From Octopus vulgaris (Eukaryota), in contig OX597830.1 in assembly GCA_951406725.2 (NCBI GenBank), positions 75,888,001 to 75,952,000 on the forward strand: a DNA stretch of 64,000 nt, in the 5' to 3' direction. This document shows positions 27,960-42,648 of the stretch, piece after piece. The position numbers and the translations under genes were made by a program. The notes under the pieces were generated by a model that was not told the DNA's origin, searched no databases, and saw only the letters and a program-made list of their open reading frames with translations. Position 1 is the stretch's first letter. Every line of letters begins with the position of its first letter.

Positions 27960-28215
27960 CACTGTCCGTGTCGAACGATTCGCGAGTGTATGAAGGAGCC
28001 CCAGTCCAACCAGCCAGCCAATGAGGCTTATCGTAGCTGCTGCTTTGAAGATCTAAAGGAGAGAAGCCGCCTGGCCCGCCTCATTAAGCTACTGGCTTTA
28101 CCCACAGCCAGCCGCCACCTCATTAATCGACTGGCCTTATACAGAGCCCAGCCGCTGTCGCTGCTTGACTCTGTTGTCGCCATCACACTCACCGACTTCA
28201 CCGCGCTATGAAAAG
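27960..28215. promoter_or_regulatory. GC-rich island with repeated homeodomain motifs (candidate promoter or enhancer)
   Basis: GCCAATGAGG (28017-28026), CCGCCTCATTAA (28076-28087), CCACCTCATTAA (28115-28126), CAGCCAGCC twice. Among the most GC-rich unique stretches in the window. Confidence 0.5.
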
Positions 28216-28637
28216 TTTCAAAGATAAGTGTTGGATTCAGAGAGGGAGAGAGGGAGAGAGAGAAAGAAGGGGTAGAATGAGAGAGGAAGTGAGAGAAAGA
28301 GAAAATATCCTTGTTTATAAATATATTTCGGTGATACTTCGGTATGCGATCTACATGTTTCATTTATTTATTGTGCCTTAAATAAAACATTCATACATTT
28401 TCATACATTTATTTAAAAAATATTAAAATGAAGCAGATTTGAAACATGTTTACTAATTTTATGGGGCGCAGCAATGGCTGTGTGGTAAGTAGTTTGCTTA
28501 CTAACTACATGGTTCTGGGTTCAGTCCCAATGTGTGGCACCTTGGGCTAGTGTCTTCTACTATAGCTTCGGGCCGACCAAAGCCTTGTGAGTAGATTTGG
28601 TAGACGGAAACTAAAAAAAGTCTGTCGTATATATATG

Positions 28638-28668
<31 letters not shown>

Positions 28669-29435
28669 TTGTATGTGTGTGTGTGTGTTGTGTGTATATG
28701 TTTGTGTGTCTGTATTTGTCCCCCCAACATCACTTGACAACCGATGCTGGTGTCTTTACGTCCCCGCAACTTAGCGGTTCGGCAAAAGAGAGCGATAGAA
28801 TAAGTACTAGGCTTACAAAGAATAAGTCCTGGGAGCGATTTCTTCGATTAAGGGCAGTGCTCCAGCATGGCCGCAGGGAGGGAGAAAGATAAATATAAAC
28901 ATACCCGTGACTGTGTGTATATGTGTGTGAGTAGTGTGTGTGTGTGTGCGTGCTTTTATATACATATACATGATTGTGTAGTAAGAAGTTTGCGACACAA
29001 CCACAAGTTTCCGGGTTCAATTCCACTGCGTGATACCTTCGCCATCTGTTTTCTATGGTAGCCCCGGGTTGACCAAAGCTTTGTGAGTGGATTTGAAAGA
29101 TGGAAACCAGTTGCATAGTTAGAGTGTGTGCTTAGTGACAAAATACCGCTAAGCCTTTTTGCCCGTCTTAACGATTCTGAATTTAAATTCCACCAAGGTT
29201 AGCTTTCCCTTTCATCCACTCGGGGTCGATAAAACAAGTACCAGCTAGGTAACGTGGGTCAATGTAATCTACTGAACCCCTCTCTCGAAGTTGATGTCCT
29301 TCTGCCAAAATTTGAAACCATTATATATAGCTGTAACAAAGGCAGCAAGCTGGTAAAATCGTTACCGCCCTGGACGAAATTCTAAGCAGCATTCCTTACG
29401 ACATTTTATGTTCTGAGTACAAATCCTAGTACTAG

Positions 29436-29730
29436 GCAGCAGAACCAGAGGCAGACCTCAGATTGTGTGGATTGATGGATGGAGTGAGGAAAGCTTTGGT
29501 GGTTAGAGGTGTTGGACTGAGAGAGGCAAAAGAGTTTGACAGGAAAGCTTGGGGAGTGTTTGTGGACGGATTAGTGAATTTTTGATGCTGCACAAAGGGG
29601 TGCGGAACCAGCATCATGCGGCAGAGGTAGACTAGCATATGTTGTCAGGCCCCGCGGCTGATATCGGGGGTTGCGTTCTATGCTTTGATCCGGGACTCGC
29701 ACCTTTGAGCTGTGAAAGGATTGGAATGCT
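29436..29730 (+). mobile_element. 3' end of an RTE-clade LINE
   Basis: Frameshifted translation SRTRGRPQIVW..DGVRKAL..GLREAKEFDRKAW matches the RTE C-terminal GRP-W-D...DR-W signature. Confidence 0.6.
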
Positions 29731-30828
29731 TGGTGCAGGTCCTAAAAAATGGAGAATAGGCCTGGGTATATGTATATGTATGACTTCAAATCCCACAGAA
29801 ATCAACATTGCCTTTAAATCCCTGTTGGGGCGATAAAATAAAGGGCCAATCAAGTACTGGCGTCGATGTGGTCGACTTGCTCCCACTCCTCAGACATTGC
29901 AGATCTTGTATCAGAATTAGAAAGACTTATTCATAGCGTCATCTGCTTCGAGTAGAACCGTTAAAAACGATTTATTCTATATCTCGAGCAGCTTCTAAAA
30001 TACTTATGATGAAAACAACATGCAGCTGCATCTTGTAGGAACAAATCTCTAAAATGAACGGAGAAATAGTAACAGAAACATCTGTCGTTGTAGTAGTATT
30101 TACAGAAGCGATGGCAGTAGTAGATGTTTTGGTGGTGGTGGTGGTGGTGGAATGATGTTGTAGGGGTGATGTTGACAACGATGATGTCGACGACGACTAT
30201 GAGGATGATGATGATTATAATGATGATTATGATGATGATTATGATGATTATGCTGATGATGATGATAATGATGATGATGATGATGGTGCCAAAGGTAAAG
30301 CTGTTCGTGTTCATTTTAATTGTTTTAAACAATGTTTTTTCGGAACGTTAATGTTTATGTATATGTATGCATGTATGCAACGTATGTATGCATGTATATA
30401 TGCATGTATGTGTATATAAATAGATAGATAGATAGATACAAACATACATACATACATACATACATACATACATACATACATACATACATACATACATACA
30501 TACGCTCGCACACACGTATGTATACACACACGCACACACACACACACACATACATATATTTGCGCATGTGCCTGTGCGTATGTTGGTGTTAATGTGAATC
30601 TGTCGCTAACCTTCAAGGTCTTTGGTGAATTCACAGAAGGGGGCAGCAGGGATTTTGAATTTTATGTTGATAAATGACACACTTGTCATGAGCGGCAGTG
30701 GATGTCGGTGGTGGTAGTCGTGGCGGTGATTATGTGTCTCTCGTAAAGGTGGTGGTTGTGGTGGTGCTATTAGCTGTGTTCGTGGGGATGGTAGTGTTGA
30801 TGGTAGTGGCGACGACGACGACGACGAC

Positions 30829-30859
<31 letters not shown>

Positions 30860-31359
30860 GCGGCGGCGGCACAAGGTGTAGATGGAAATTTTGACGTTAT
30901 ATTGTGTTAAAGATTGTAGTTGTGATATTGCAATTACTGAATGCGTCATGTCTTGTTGTAGTCGTAGGGAGATGTAATTCATTTTGTAGTTGTTGAATGC
31001 CAGGACAACCACATTTAAGCGGACATGGTCACAGCCTGTGTCCCCTGACAATGTTGTATTAGTGGTTAGGGCGTTGAACTCACAATCATGGGATAGTGGG
31101 TTTGATTCTCGTACCGAGCTGTGTGTTGTGTTCTTGAGCAAGACACTTTATTTCACGTCGCTCCAGTTCACGCAGCTTCAGAAATGAGTTGCAACGTCAT
31201 TGTTGCCAAGCTGTATCGACCTTTGCATTTCCCTTGGATAACATCAGTTGCATGGAGAGGGGATGATTTCTGGTCTTCTATAAACAACCTAGTATTTCTC
31301 ATTCGCAAAATGAGCCCACTTTATTCTTGCTCAGATTGCTTTCAATTTTGATGTATCGA

Positions 31360-31620
31360 TGCAGCTCTGAATAGTGATTACGATCAACCAATTACTTTAT
31401 CTCGTAAAATAAAGAATCTGATGTTATTTGGAATTAAAGTTGGGAAACTTGGGTAAGTTTAGCCAATCAACAGACAGCGAGGCATTAACAGCTTGTTGCC
31501 ATAACAATCGTACGCTGTGTTGTGTTTCATCCGAATGTGTTGATTCTTCATACCACGTGATTTACTTCACCCGCGTGCTTGGTTTTAATAAAAATTTATA
31601 TTTATCAATTAGAATCTTAT
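31360..31620. promoter_or_regulatory. Putative enhancer island
   Basis: CTCGTAAAA (31401-31409), AGCCAATCA, CACGTGATTTAC (31554-31565), TAATAAAA. Confidence 0.4.
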
Positions 31621-31894
31621 TATAGATATTTTTCGTCAATTGTCTTAATATTTTACATATTTTTCATATATAGCAAAAGTTGTTTGCGATGTTTATACAG
31701 TTTCTTGGCATTATGAAGGTGAATGGAATATGTGAACTTAGTACAGATAATTCTGCATGCAAAAACATATAAAATGCAGGTATTCTTTTTCTTGGGACAA
31801 ATTCTTTGTTGACCAGTGTTGTTCTTGTAGTTTACAAATCTAAACATGAAAATGTTACTCGACTTTGAAGTTTTGGAGACGGACTCCACCTTTT

Positions 31895-31946
<52 letters not shown>

Positions 31947-32852
31947 CATTATATATTCATGGTGTACACAAATACATGACAAGTATACATAATAGTGAAG
32001 TATGCATAAAGTGTACACTCGCAGACAAATATATTGATATAACAAATTTAAAAAATAATACAAACATACAATCAATGAAGAGACAAAAGAAACAATACGA
32101 TGAAAGATGTTGATTTTATTAGGTATTTCTGTTTATATAGAAACCTTCAATGAAGAGGTCATTTTACAGACGCTAAACTATAAATTTCACAGGGTACAAC
32201 CGTAAAAGTTGACACCGCTCCGCTTAATGCAGAAAAATTCTGTCTCGCTATTGGTTAATGATACACAAATTTTCGATTTTTAAACCTCTGTAACTTTTTC
32301 CTTCAAAAATTTTCTCCACAGCATCATACCTTCATAACAATTAGACAGGAAATCTTTATTATTATAGTGGATTTTCTGATTTTTTACTGTCTTTTAACAA
32401 AGTGTATATCTTGCGAATGAAAAAGTACTACATCCCCAACATTCCCTGGACTTGTGCATCGGAGGGAAGCTTTCTACGCCCAATCCCATGGTCAGTTATA
32501 ACTGAAGGGGATCTTTACTCTTTACCTTTAAAGTGGCCAATGGTAATTTCATACAATGCAGTGTGGTTAGAGGGAGCTTTGACAACTATTTTTAGATAGG
32601 TCTTGGTAAAGCGAACATATAAAGGTTTTTCCATCGACAGCCGTTATTGTTGTTGTTGTGTAGCACCAGCTCAATGCAGCCAAATTTAGCTTCACCAGCA
32701 GGTTGTTCCACCCTTGCGATCAGCTGGAAGAATAGTCGTCGTAAACGACGCAGTACCACTTTATATTTTAGGAGTTTCCTTTACAGTGGCCTTTATAAAG
32801 ATAATTCATAAATACGACAAAAATAAATTGGAATCCACCAGGTGCATTGTAA

Positions 32853-32958
32853 TTTACCTCAGCTGTTTCGACCATAATGCATCGTTCTCTCGACTTCAAA
32901 TACTGCAACGACTGGTTGCGGTGAACCTTTCTGTGCAGATGCGTCTCGTCAGGTCAGT
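32853..32958 (-). ncRNA. Degenerate hammerhead motif (cleavage triplet broken)
   Basis: Minus: CTGACGA-GAC-GCATC...GATGC..GTC-GAAAC-AGCT-GAG. Core and stem II are intact, but GAG replaces GUH. Confidence 0.55.
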
Positions 32959-33126
32959 TTTCACAAAGTGCCTTCCCATTAGACGCGGTTCCGCTTGGTT
33001 TGATAATACGGTATGAAGTTATTTGCATGTATATGGTTATATGCAGGTTTCATTGTTTCATATGTGTGTGTGTGAGTGTGTGTGTGTGAATGTGTGTGTA
33101 TGTATATATATATGTGTGTGTGTATG

Positions 33127-33157
<31 letters not shown>

Positions 33158-33203
33158 GATATGTGACGACTTTAATATATATTGATAGGTAGATAGATAG
33201 ATG

Positions 33204-33245
<42 letters not shown>

Positions 33246-33600
33246 TATATACATATACATATATTAGTATATTTATATATATATACGTATATTGATATAC
33301 GCATCTATACATACATACATACATAAAAATATACATATATATGTTTATATTCATATATATGTCAATGTGTCTATAAAATTTTTAATAGTTGTGCGTATGT
33401 ATGATATAATTATACATAACATATATGTATATAGAATATATATACGTGTATATGGTCAGTCGCCATGATAGATCGTTAGCCACTACACACATTTTTTTCT
33501 CTTTAACTGAAACCAGTGAAAGAATAAAAAAATATATATGTGTATGTGTATGTGTGTGTATATTTATATATATATATATATATATATATAAATATATATA

Positions 33601-34200
33601 CTTTGACTACTGCTCTCAGTTATGGTCACCATCCAGTGTCAAGTTGATCACAGAGCTCGAGGCGATCCAACGTAGCTACACGAAGAAGATAGCCTCTATG
33701 CAGAATGTAAGCTACTGGGAAAGACTCAAGAGATTAAAACTATATTCCCTGGAGCGTAGGCGGGAAAGATATGCCATAATATACATCTGGAAGATCCTGG
33801 AGGGACGTGTCCTGAACTTTGGCATCGAGAGTTACGCAAATGCCAGAACTGGGCGCCACTGCATGGTGCCTAGGACTCCAAACTTGCCATCAAGATGTAG
33901 GACAAGATTCTGTGATAGCCTGGGCTTCCGAGGCCCACAGCTCTTCAATATCCTCCCGAAGAACCTGAGAGACCTGCATGGGGTGGATGCAGATGTCTTT
34001 AAAATGAAGCTGGATCTCTTCCTGTCAGGTGTCCCAGATGAACCAACTTCACGGCAGGAGGGGCAGATGAGGGCAGCTGCATCGAACTCTCTCATGCACC
34101 AAATGGCAGTTGCTAGAAACCAAGTAGCAACACCAAATGGCGGTGCCCCAGCATGGCCACAGCTCATAAGCTGAAACTAGAATCAATCAATCAATCAATC
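33601..34200 (+). mobile_element. 5'-truncated CR1-group LINE (3' 600 bp) inserted in (TA)n
   Basis: Open frame FDYCSQLWSP..SYWERLKRLKLYSLERRRERY..FKMKLDLFL, 3' stem-loop, (AATC)n tail. Highly similar to 55648-56265 in reverse orientation. Confidence 0.92.
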
Positions 34201-34312
34201 ATATATATATACATAACACACACACACAAACATACATATATATATGTATGTATACATACACATCTGTATGTATACGTATACATGCATATCAACATCTATC
34301 TATCTATATATC

Positions 34313-34348
<36 letters not shown>

Positions 34349-34505
34349 CATACACACGCACACACACACACACACATATATATATTACACATGTATGTGT
34401 GTTTGTGTGTGTCTGTGTGTGTACATACTTAGTCATATACATCCATATTTTATATATGCATCAATAGATTACTAACGCACACATCAATACACACATAATG
34501 AGGTG

Positions 34506-34545
<40 letters not shown>

Positions 34546-34627
34546 CACACATTCACATACAAACACACATACACATACATACATACATACATACATACAT
34601 ACATAAATATATACATACATACATACA

Positions 34628-34661
<34 letters not shown>

Positions 34662-35086
34662 CATACATACATACATACATACATACATACATACATAAAT
34701 ACACACATACCTCAAACTCCTTAATTCACCAAATGCAACATATAAGAGGAAGCTTCTAATAGAGAAAGTGTAGCAAAGCCAACATCGGCGCCCTACTTTG
34801 GCCGCACCAATTGTGCTGAAAGGACTAATGTACGTATATACATGTAAGATATATATGTACGTGTAATATGTACACGATATATATATATGTATGTATGTAT
34901 ACATATATGCATATATATGTATGTATGTATACATACATGCATAATGCATGCATATATGTGTATATATATGCATTATGTATGTATTTATATATATGTATAT
35001 GTGTGTATATATATATATACATGTATGTATATATATATATGCATGTATGTATGTATGTATATATATATATATGTACATACACACAC

Positions 35087-35170
<84 letters not shown>

Positions 35171-35219
35171 GCCCAATATATATATACATGCATATATACA
35201 TATACATATATATATACAT

Positions 35220-35270
<51 letters not shown>

Positions 35271-35514
35271 TTTACACGCATTCGTTCATGTATATGTACC
35301 ATGTACATAGAACTTATACATTTCTTATGTGTAAGAAATGTATTCTTAAGAACTTATACACTTCTTAAACACAGTATATGTGTACATATTTATGTATGTT
35401 TATGCACACGCACTCATTGTTATATATACACACAGGCGCGCATATGTATAAATATTTTTTTCATGTCTGTATATAGTTAGATAGGTAGATAGATAGATAG
35501 ATAGATAGATAGAC

Positions 35515-35558
<44 letters not shown>

Positions 35559-35618
35559 TGATAGATAGATAGATAGAAAGATAGATTGATAGAAAGATAG
35601 ACAGACAGACCGACAGAC

Positions 35619-35699
<81 letters not shown>

Positions 35700-35823
35700 T
35701 CCATGAATGTATATATTCATTCATACACCTACATCCATTTTTGACCAGAGGCAAAAATCACCGCTTCATTGCCGCTACGTCTAACGATCTAAATTTAATA
35801 TTAATTTGTCTTATATTAAGGTT

Positions 35824-35935
35824 TACGTGATTTGTTTGAAATTGAAATTAATTTTCCACTGTCCTATTTCGGATATATTCTACTCCTCGTAGAGTTATGG
35901 CTTGGGTCAATATGTATAAAAATACATATATATAA

Positions 35936-36003
<68 letters not shown>

Positions 36004-36090
36004 GTGATTTGTCTGAAGTTAAAATTAAGTTTCCACTGTCCTATTTCGGATATATTCTACTCATCGTAGAGTTACGGCTTGGGCCAATAT
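35824..36090. repeat. Direct repeat (~90 bp x2) separated by (TA)n
   Basis: 35824-35913 and 36001-36090 are near-identical. Confidence 0.85.
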
Positions 36091-36103
36091 ATATATATAT
36101 ATA

Positions 36104-36135
<32 letters not shown>

Positions 36136-36255
36136 AATAAAATTAAATAGTAAGGGTAGAAATTCATATTAATCAATTAAAACCAGTGGCTTAGCATATT
36201 TAACATATCCGAAGTTTAAAAATTGTTACATAAAAAATACATATATATAATTATT

Positions 36256-36288
<33 letters not shown>

Positions 36289-36339
36289 ATATATATATAT
36301 ATATGTGTATGTATGTATGTATGTATGTATGTATGTATT

Positions 36340-36480
36340 TATACAGAATTAAGAGGAATGACCACTAAAGTGAACACCTAATATTTTGGGTGTTTCGCTG
36401 AGATTTTTCTTGAGAATGCAATCTTCGTGGTAATAGTGATTTGACGTCTATGTTTAGTATATTTCACTTAATTCTGTATA
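36340..36480. mobile_element. Short TA-flanked element with terminal inverted repeats
   Basis: TATACAGAATTAAG...CTTAATTCTGTATA. Confidence 0.7.
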
Positions 36481-36502
36481 TATATATATATATATAAATA
36501 TG

Positions 36503-36533
<31 letters not shown>

Positions 36534-37026
36534 ATATATATGTATATATATTTATATATACATACACACAAATATATATGTATATATATGCATTTAAGCA
36601 CATAAATATATACGTATAGTTATATGTATAAATGCAAATATATGCATATATGTCTATGTATGTATGTATGTATGTATGTATGTATCTATACATATGCATG
36701 TGTGTGTATGGATACATATGTATATATATATATATGTGTGTGTGTGTATGCATATATATTTATATACCTGTATATATGTATATAAATATGAAAATATATA
36801 TGAATCCGCCTATGTATGCATGTATGTATATAAGTATCTTTGTATGTACATGTATGATTAATCAATAACAGTTTTGAGATTAATTCTATTCTATGGACAA
36901 CGATTCTACCTCAAATATCAATATGATAGTTTTATCATAGCTTAATACATGTTACCATACAAAGCAAATATATGAATACATAACACACATATATGTAAGA
37001 ATATATAGTCTTACAATATATAATGG

Positions 37027-37088
<62 letters not shown>

Positions 37089-37156
37089 ATATATTTTTTG
37101 CTTGTCCGAATGTCATATTTTTACTTCGTCCTTACGTCTGTATTTTTTAAAGTAAT

Positions 37157-37214
<58 letters not shown>

Positions 37215-37450
37215 CGTACATATACACATATACATACATATACATACATATATGCATATAGTTGTGGTATATTCTGTTAAGAACGTAGTTCAGTACAGTA
37301 TAAGGCGCGTAAACCTCAGAGTTCACCCTTTGCTATCCACTACTCCAAATTTTTTCAATTATATTTTTTATACTTTAATATCATTCAGCTTTGGGGTGCG
37401 GTCATGCTGGGGCACCGCCACTGAAAGCATATATATATATATATATATAG

Positions 37451-37486
<36 letters not shown>

Positions 37487-37789
37487 GCATATATATATAT
37501 ATAACAAATATATATAATGCATTTATACATACATATATATATATGTATATATATATCATCTTTATATTTACCTGACTACTTACTTTTCGTTAGTGACATA
37601 CATATACATAGTTTTTAAATTCATATATATCCATATATATACATATATATGTACATACGGACACACACATACTCGCATATATATATGCATCCATACATAT
37701 TCACATAAATGCAACAATGTTGTAAAAATTATTTCTTTATTCATAATATATACAACTGTATAATATATGTGTGTATGTATGTATGTATG

Positions 37790-37833
<44 letters not shown>

Positions 37834-38059
37834 ATATATGTATATGTATGATTGTATGTATATCGATATAGTTGTGTACGTACACAAACATTTTCATACA
37901 TACATATGTGTGTGTAAATATATGTACATATATACATACTTACATACATATATATATATATATTTATATATATATATATGTATATATATGTATATATACA
38001 TACTTACATACATACTTATATATTATATATATATATATATATACACATACTTACACACA

Positions 38060-38106
<47 letters not shown>

Positions 38107-38202
38107 TTACATACATACATACATACATACACATATATTTATATATATATATATATATATATATAAATATATATATATATATTATATATATATATTATAT
38201 AC

Positions 38203-38245
<43 letters not shown>

Positions 38246-39072
38246 AATAGTTAAGAAACGTAATAATTCCAAGCTGACAGTGAAAAACAAATTTCAATTT
38301 ATCACACTATATATATAAAATTCAGAAACACTGTTTGATTTGTTATGAGATTTTTAGAATAATAATTATAACCTACTTAATTAATTTCTATGTGGTTATT
38401 ATAGATAATATCTTTTCACTATTGTTGGAATAACTAGATAGCGCTTTGTCTCTAAATACTATATATATATATTGCATTTTAATATTGGAACGTAGATGTT
38501 GAATATTTGGATATACTCTGTTTTGTAACCGTTCGGCATCCATGAAACACGCGTACATTATTCATTCAGTGAAGTGCATATTTTATTTTATGCAATAAAT
38601 ATATATTATTATTTGTGGGACTTATTGGAAACCTGTTGTTTTATAATCCCGAATTAAATAACGCCGTGAATTATTAACAGATTTAGTGACATACGGAAAA
38701 AATATGCTTTGAGGTATTTCTTCTATCTTTAGGTTTTGAATTGAAATTTCCAGGTGGTTGATTCTACCTGTGCGGGTAAAGTAATTACCAGTCAATTACT
38801 AGCATCTTGTTAATAGGTTTCCCTCCTATGACCCCACCTCCAACACCACCGTCAAAAACTGCCGGCCACGTGTCAAAATTTGAAAGTATTATTAAAAAGT
38901 AAACATATTTATGATTTTGGTTATGCATATCAATATCAGAATGTACTTACGCATGCATATATTCGTATCAATTCTATTTGTATCTATTATTGCGTACATA
39001 AATGTATATATAATAAATATTTCTATATTTCCTTTATCTCAACATTTACATGATTTGCGTATATATCCATAA

Positions 39073-39113
<41 letters not shown>

Positions 39114-39209
39114 TTGAAGTAGATAAATGAATTATCTTATTACGGATTATTCAAATGATAACCGACACCTGGGTAGCAAATCTTCGTTCAGCTCCATTTC
39201 TTCCTACAC

Positions 39210-39256
<47 letters not shown>

Positions 39257-39294
39257 TCACTGATGCATACACACACATACGCAAACACACACAC

Positions 39295-39326
<32 letters not shown>

Positions 39327-39431
39327 CATAGAGAGAGAAACGGTGAGAGAAAGAGTGTGTGTGTGTCAGTGAGAGAGAGAGAGACAAATAGACAGATAGA
39401 TAGACAGACAGCCAGGTAGATAGATAGATAA

Positions 39432-39498
<67 letters not shown>

Positions 39499-40520
39499 TG
39501 TGTGATTTTGTGTCATGCTCTAATACATACAATGTGTTCTATAGTAATATATATATATATATTAATAAATATACAAGCAAAATTTATGTGTGTATATATT
39601 TTTGTAGAAGGGTGCATATGAATATATATCAATGCTTGATATAAAATGCTCACATGTGTGTGTTTGTATATATATATATATATATACATACACGCACGCA
39701 CACAAACACACTCACCTACACACACTCACACATATATACATATATATAAATAAATATATATATATACACAAATAGAATTACTCACGCAGACAGTCACACA
39801 CACATATATATGTTGCACAATGAATTAACATTTTGAACGTTGTGTTGATATATCATTTTTATCATTTTATCTAGTTTCAGCTCACGACTTGTGGCCATGC
39901 TGGGGCACCGCCGTTCTATATATATTTTATTGATGTATTTTGTATCCATACAATATTATATGTGTGACAAAGTATATATTAGCGTGTTACAGTGTCATTG
40001 GCGGGTAGCTTTGTAAGTTTTCTTTTGACAGTTTTGGTTAATACCTGAAAAATGAATAATTTAATTTATTATTTATAACTTAACTTTTACCAAATCTCAT
40101 GGTGCTTAAACGAAATTTGTAAAGGAATAAAACCTCGAAAAAAATAGAATAAAATAATATTCATAAGCTTAAAATAAAATTAAATAAACTAGGGAGAGTA
40201 TTGTAATTCGCTTGAAGCATTGTCTATTGTTTGTAAAACATATTATTACTAAATAAACGAAATTTCTCATCTCTTTCTCTAACTTTTTCTCTTTTACTTT
40301 TTCAGTCATTTGACTGCGGCCATGCTGGATCGCCGCCTTTAGTCGAGCAAATCGACGCCAGGACTTATTCTTTGTAAACATAGTACTTATTCTATCAGCC
40401 TTTTTTTTTTTGCCGAACCGATAAGTTACGGGGACGTAAACACACCAGCATCGGTTGTCAAGCGATGCTGGGGGACAAACACAGACACACGCACGCACAC
40501 ACGCACGCACGGACACACAT

Positions 40521-40560
<40 letters not shown>

Positions 40561-41202
40561 TATATATATATATATACATATTATACGACGGACTTCTTTC
40601 AGTTTCAAATCCGCTCACAAACTATAGTAGAAGACACTTGCCCAAGGTACCACACAAAGGGGAATGAACCCAGAACCATGTCGTTGGTAAGCAAGCTACT
40701 TACCACACAGCCACTCCTGCGCCTGTGTACATACAATAAAAATGTTTCTAATTTTATAAATTTTATAAATGTAACCTTAAAGCGCTACATAGGAAATCTA
40801 TCTGCAAAATTTCAGAAATGTGTTGTTCCGAAAGTTACATATATATATCCTGGGTCTGTTGCGTTAACTTTCACTGTATCTCACTTTTTCCTCATTTTTT
40901 CACTTCCTATATTTTATAGGATGTAAAGTGTGAATGGCGATTCAACCCTGGAACTTTTTGACACGATGGCTATTACTGAATAAAATATACGCGTGCGTGT
41001 ACATGTGTACAATTATATGCGTTTGTTTGTGTAGCTGGAGTGTGTGTTTGCTTGTGTGTGTGTGCCTGTATGTGCCTGTGTCTGTGTCAAAGTACATTAC
41101 AACTTACAACCATTATATATGTACACACATACACATACGCACACATATATATATATAATATGTATGCATATATTTATATACATATATGTATATAAATTGA
41201 TG

Positions 41203-41278
<76 letters not shown>

Positions 41279-41559
41279 TGGAGTTTAAATGCGTTAAACT
41301 TTATTTATTTATATATTATACAAAAAATTTCACGTAAACCCGAAGTTTCTACCTTTAAAAACAAGGAGTTACAACCTCTTTACGTGTGTGATTTTTTTGC
41401 TACCCTGGTAACTATTTATCTATTTTTTTCCGTGTTAATTGTTAACAAGGGAAAATACACTCATCTATTTATATATATATATATATATATGTATGTATAT
41501 ACAAATTCACACACACATGTATATATATGTATACACACACACGTCTTGCCTATATACGT

Positions 41560-42305
41560 ATGTCTATGTTTGTTTAACAGTGGTTCGTTTATTTATTTTA
41601 TATCGTTATATTTATCAAAAATTAATTCGTATGTCTTTGTCTTTTCAAGTTCATTTACGCTAATGGAAATTCTTGGTAGGATCCTTTTGTGTTCGAGACA
41701 GATGGTATAAGCAAAAATTTTTATATCGTTGTTAGTGTGGAATGATGCATACGTCAATATTGTATTGCTGACTCCTACCTATATGTATAACTATATGTAT
41801 GTTTTTTTATGCCTTTTGAAACTAGGTATGTGTTCGAATCAGTCATCGGTTGCTGTAGATACCGTCGGATATAATATTACTACAAGGCGTTGAAACTACG
41901 ATGTTTATCAAAGGAACAGCTGATGATGGGTGATTATTTGGTTTGGAGTGAGCTCTTTTACAAATTGATGAGATCCCAATTTCTTTCACTAAGTTTTAAA
42001 TTAATCTTGTACTTGGCATGAGTTTGGGTCAATTATATTTTTGCCTTTCTTGTTTCCTGATCTGTATAGGTTTTATGGGGCTAACATTTTAATTGATCTA
42101 TTTGGATGTTATATTTCATATTTACTACTTGCTGTAGCATTTTGAAATCATTATACATATTAGGTTCACATTTCGGTTATAGTTAGTAAGTTATGGTGGA
42201 CCTGTGAGATATACATTATTGTTCTTGAAGTTGATTTTTATACCTACTACGGACTGCTCGAGGCTTACTAACATCCTACACCTTGATTCATGGATCTTAA
42301 AATTA
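41560..42305 (-). pseudogene. Possible highly degenerate LINE fragment (endonuclease region)
   Basis: A-rich minus strand with YNIDVCII near 41745-41770, reminiscent of the APE endonuclease N-terminus. Many stops. Confidence 0.3.
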
Positions 42306-42324
42306 TAAATTATCTCTTTGCCTG

Positions 42325-42365
<41 letters not shown>

Positions 42366-42378
42366 GTATATATATATG

Positions 42379-42410
<32 letters not shown>

Positions 42411-42414
<4 letters not shown>

Positions 42415-42648
42415 CGTTTTTCGGATTTGGTTTGCAAGATTCTTTATATGACTTCGTGTGTTGAAGCATATTCTGTTGTGTCTGGGAAGAGTCATTTTCT
42501 TTTTGTGCCTTATAATGCAACACACTCACCGGTAAAATCTCCACTTATTTCTTATTTTAAATTTCCTAAATAAGTGGAAATTTTACCAGTGAGTGTGTTA
42601 TATTATAAGGCACAAAAAAAAATGATTCTCCCCAGACACAACAGCATA
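42411..42648. mobile_element. Fold-back family A, copy 2
   Basis: Inverted arms homologous to 3396-3623 and 60575-61012, flanked by (TA)n. Confidence 0.75.

Noticed and set aside
27717-28211. 164-aa ORF with hydrophobic stretch as a secreted protein
   Set aside because: The poly-Leu and poly-His parts derive from (TTA/CTA)n and (CAC)n, there is no true ATG start and no recognisable homology. Kept only as a regulatory candidate.
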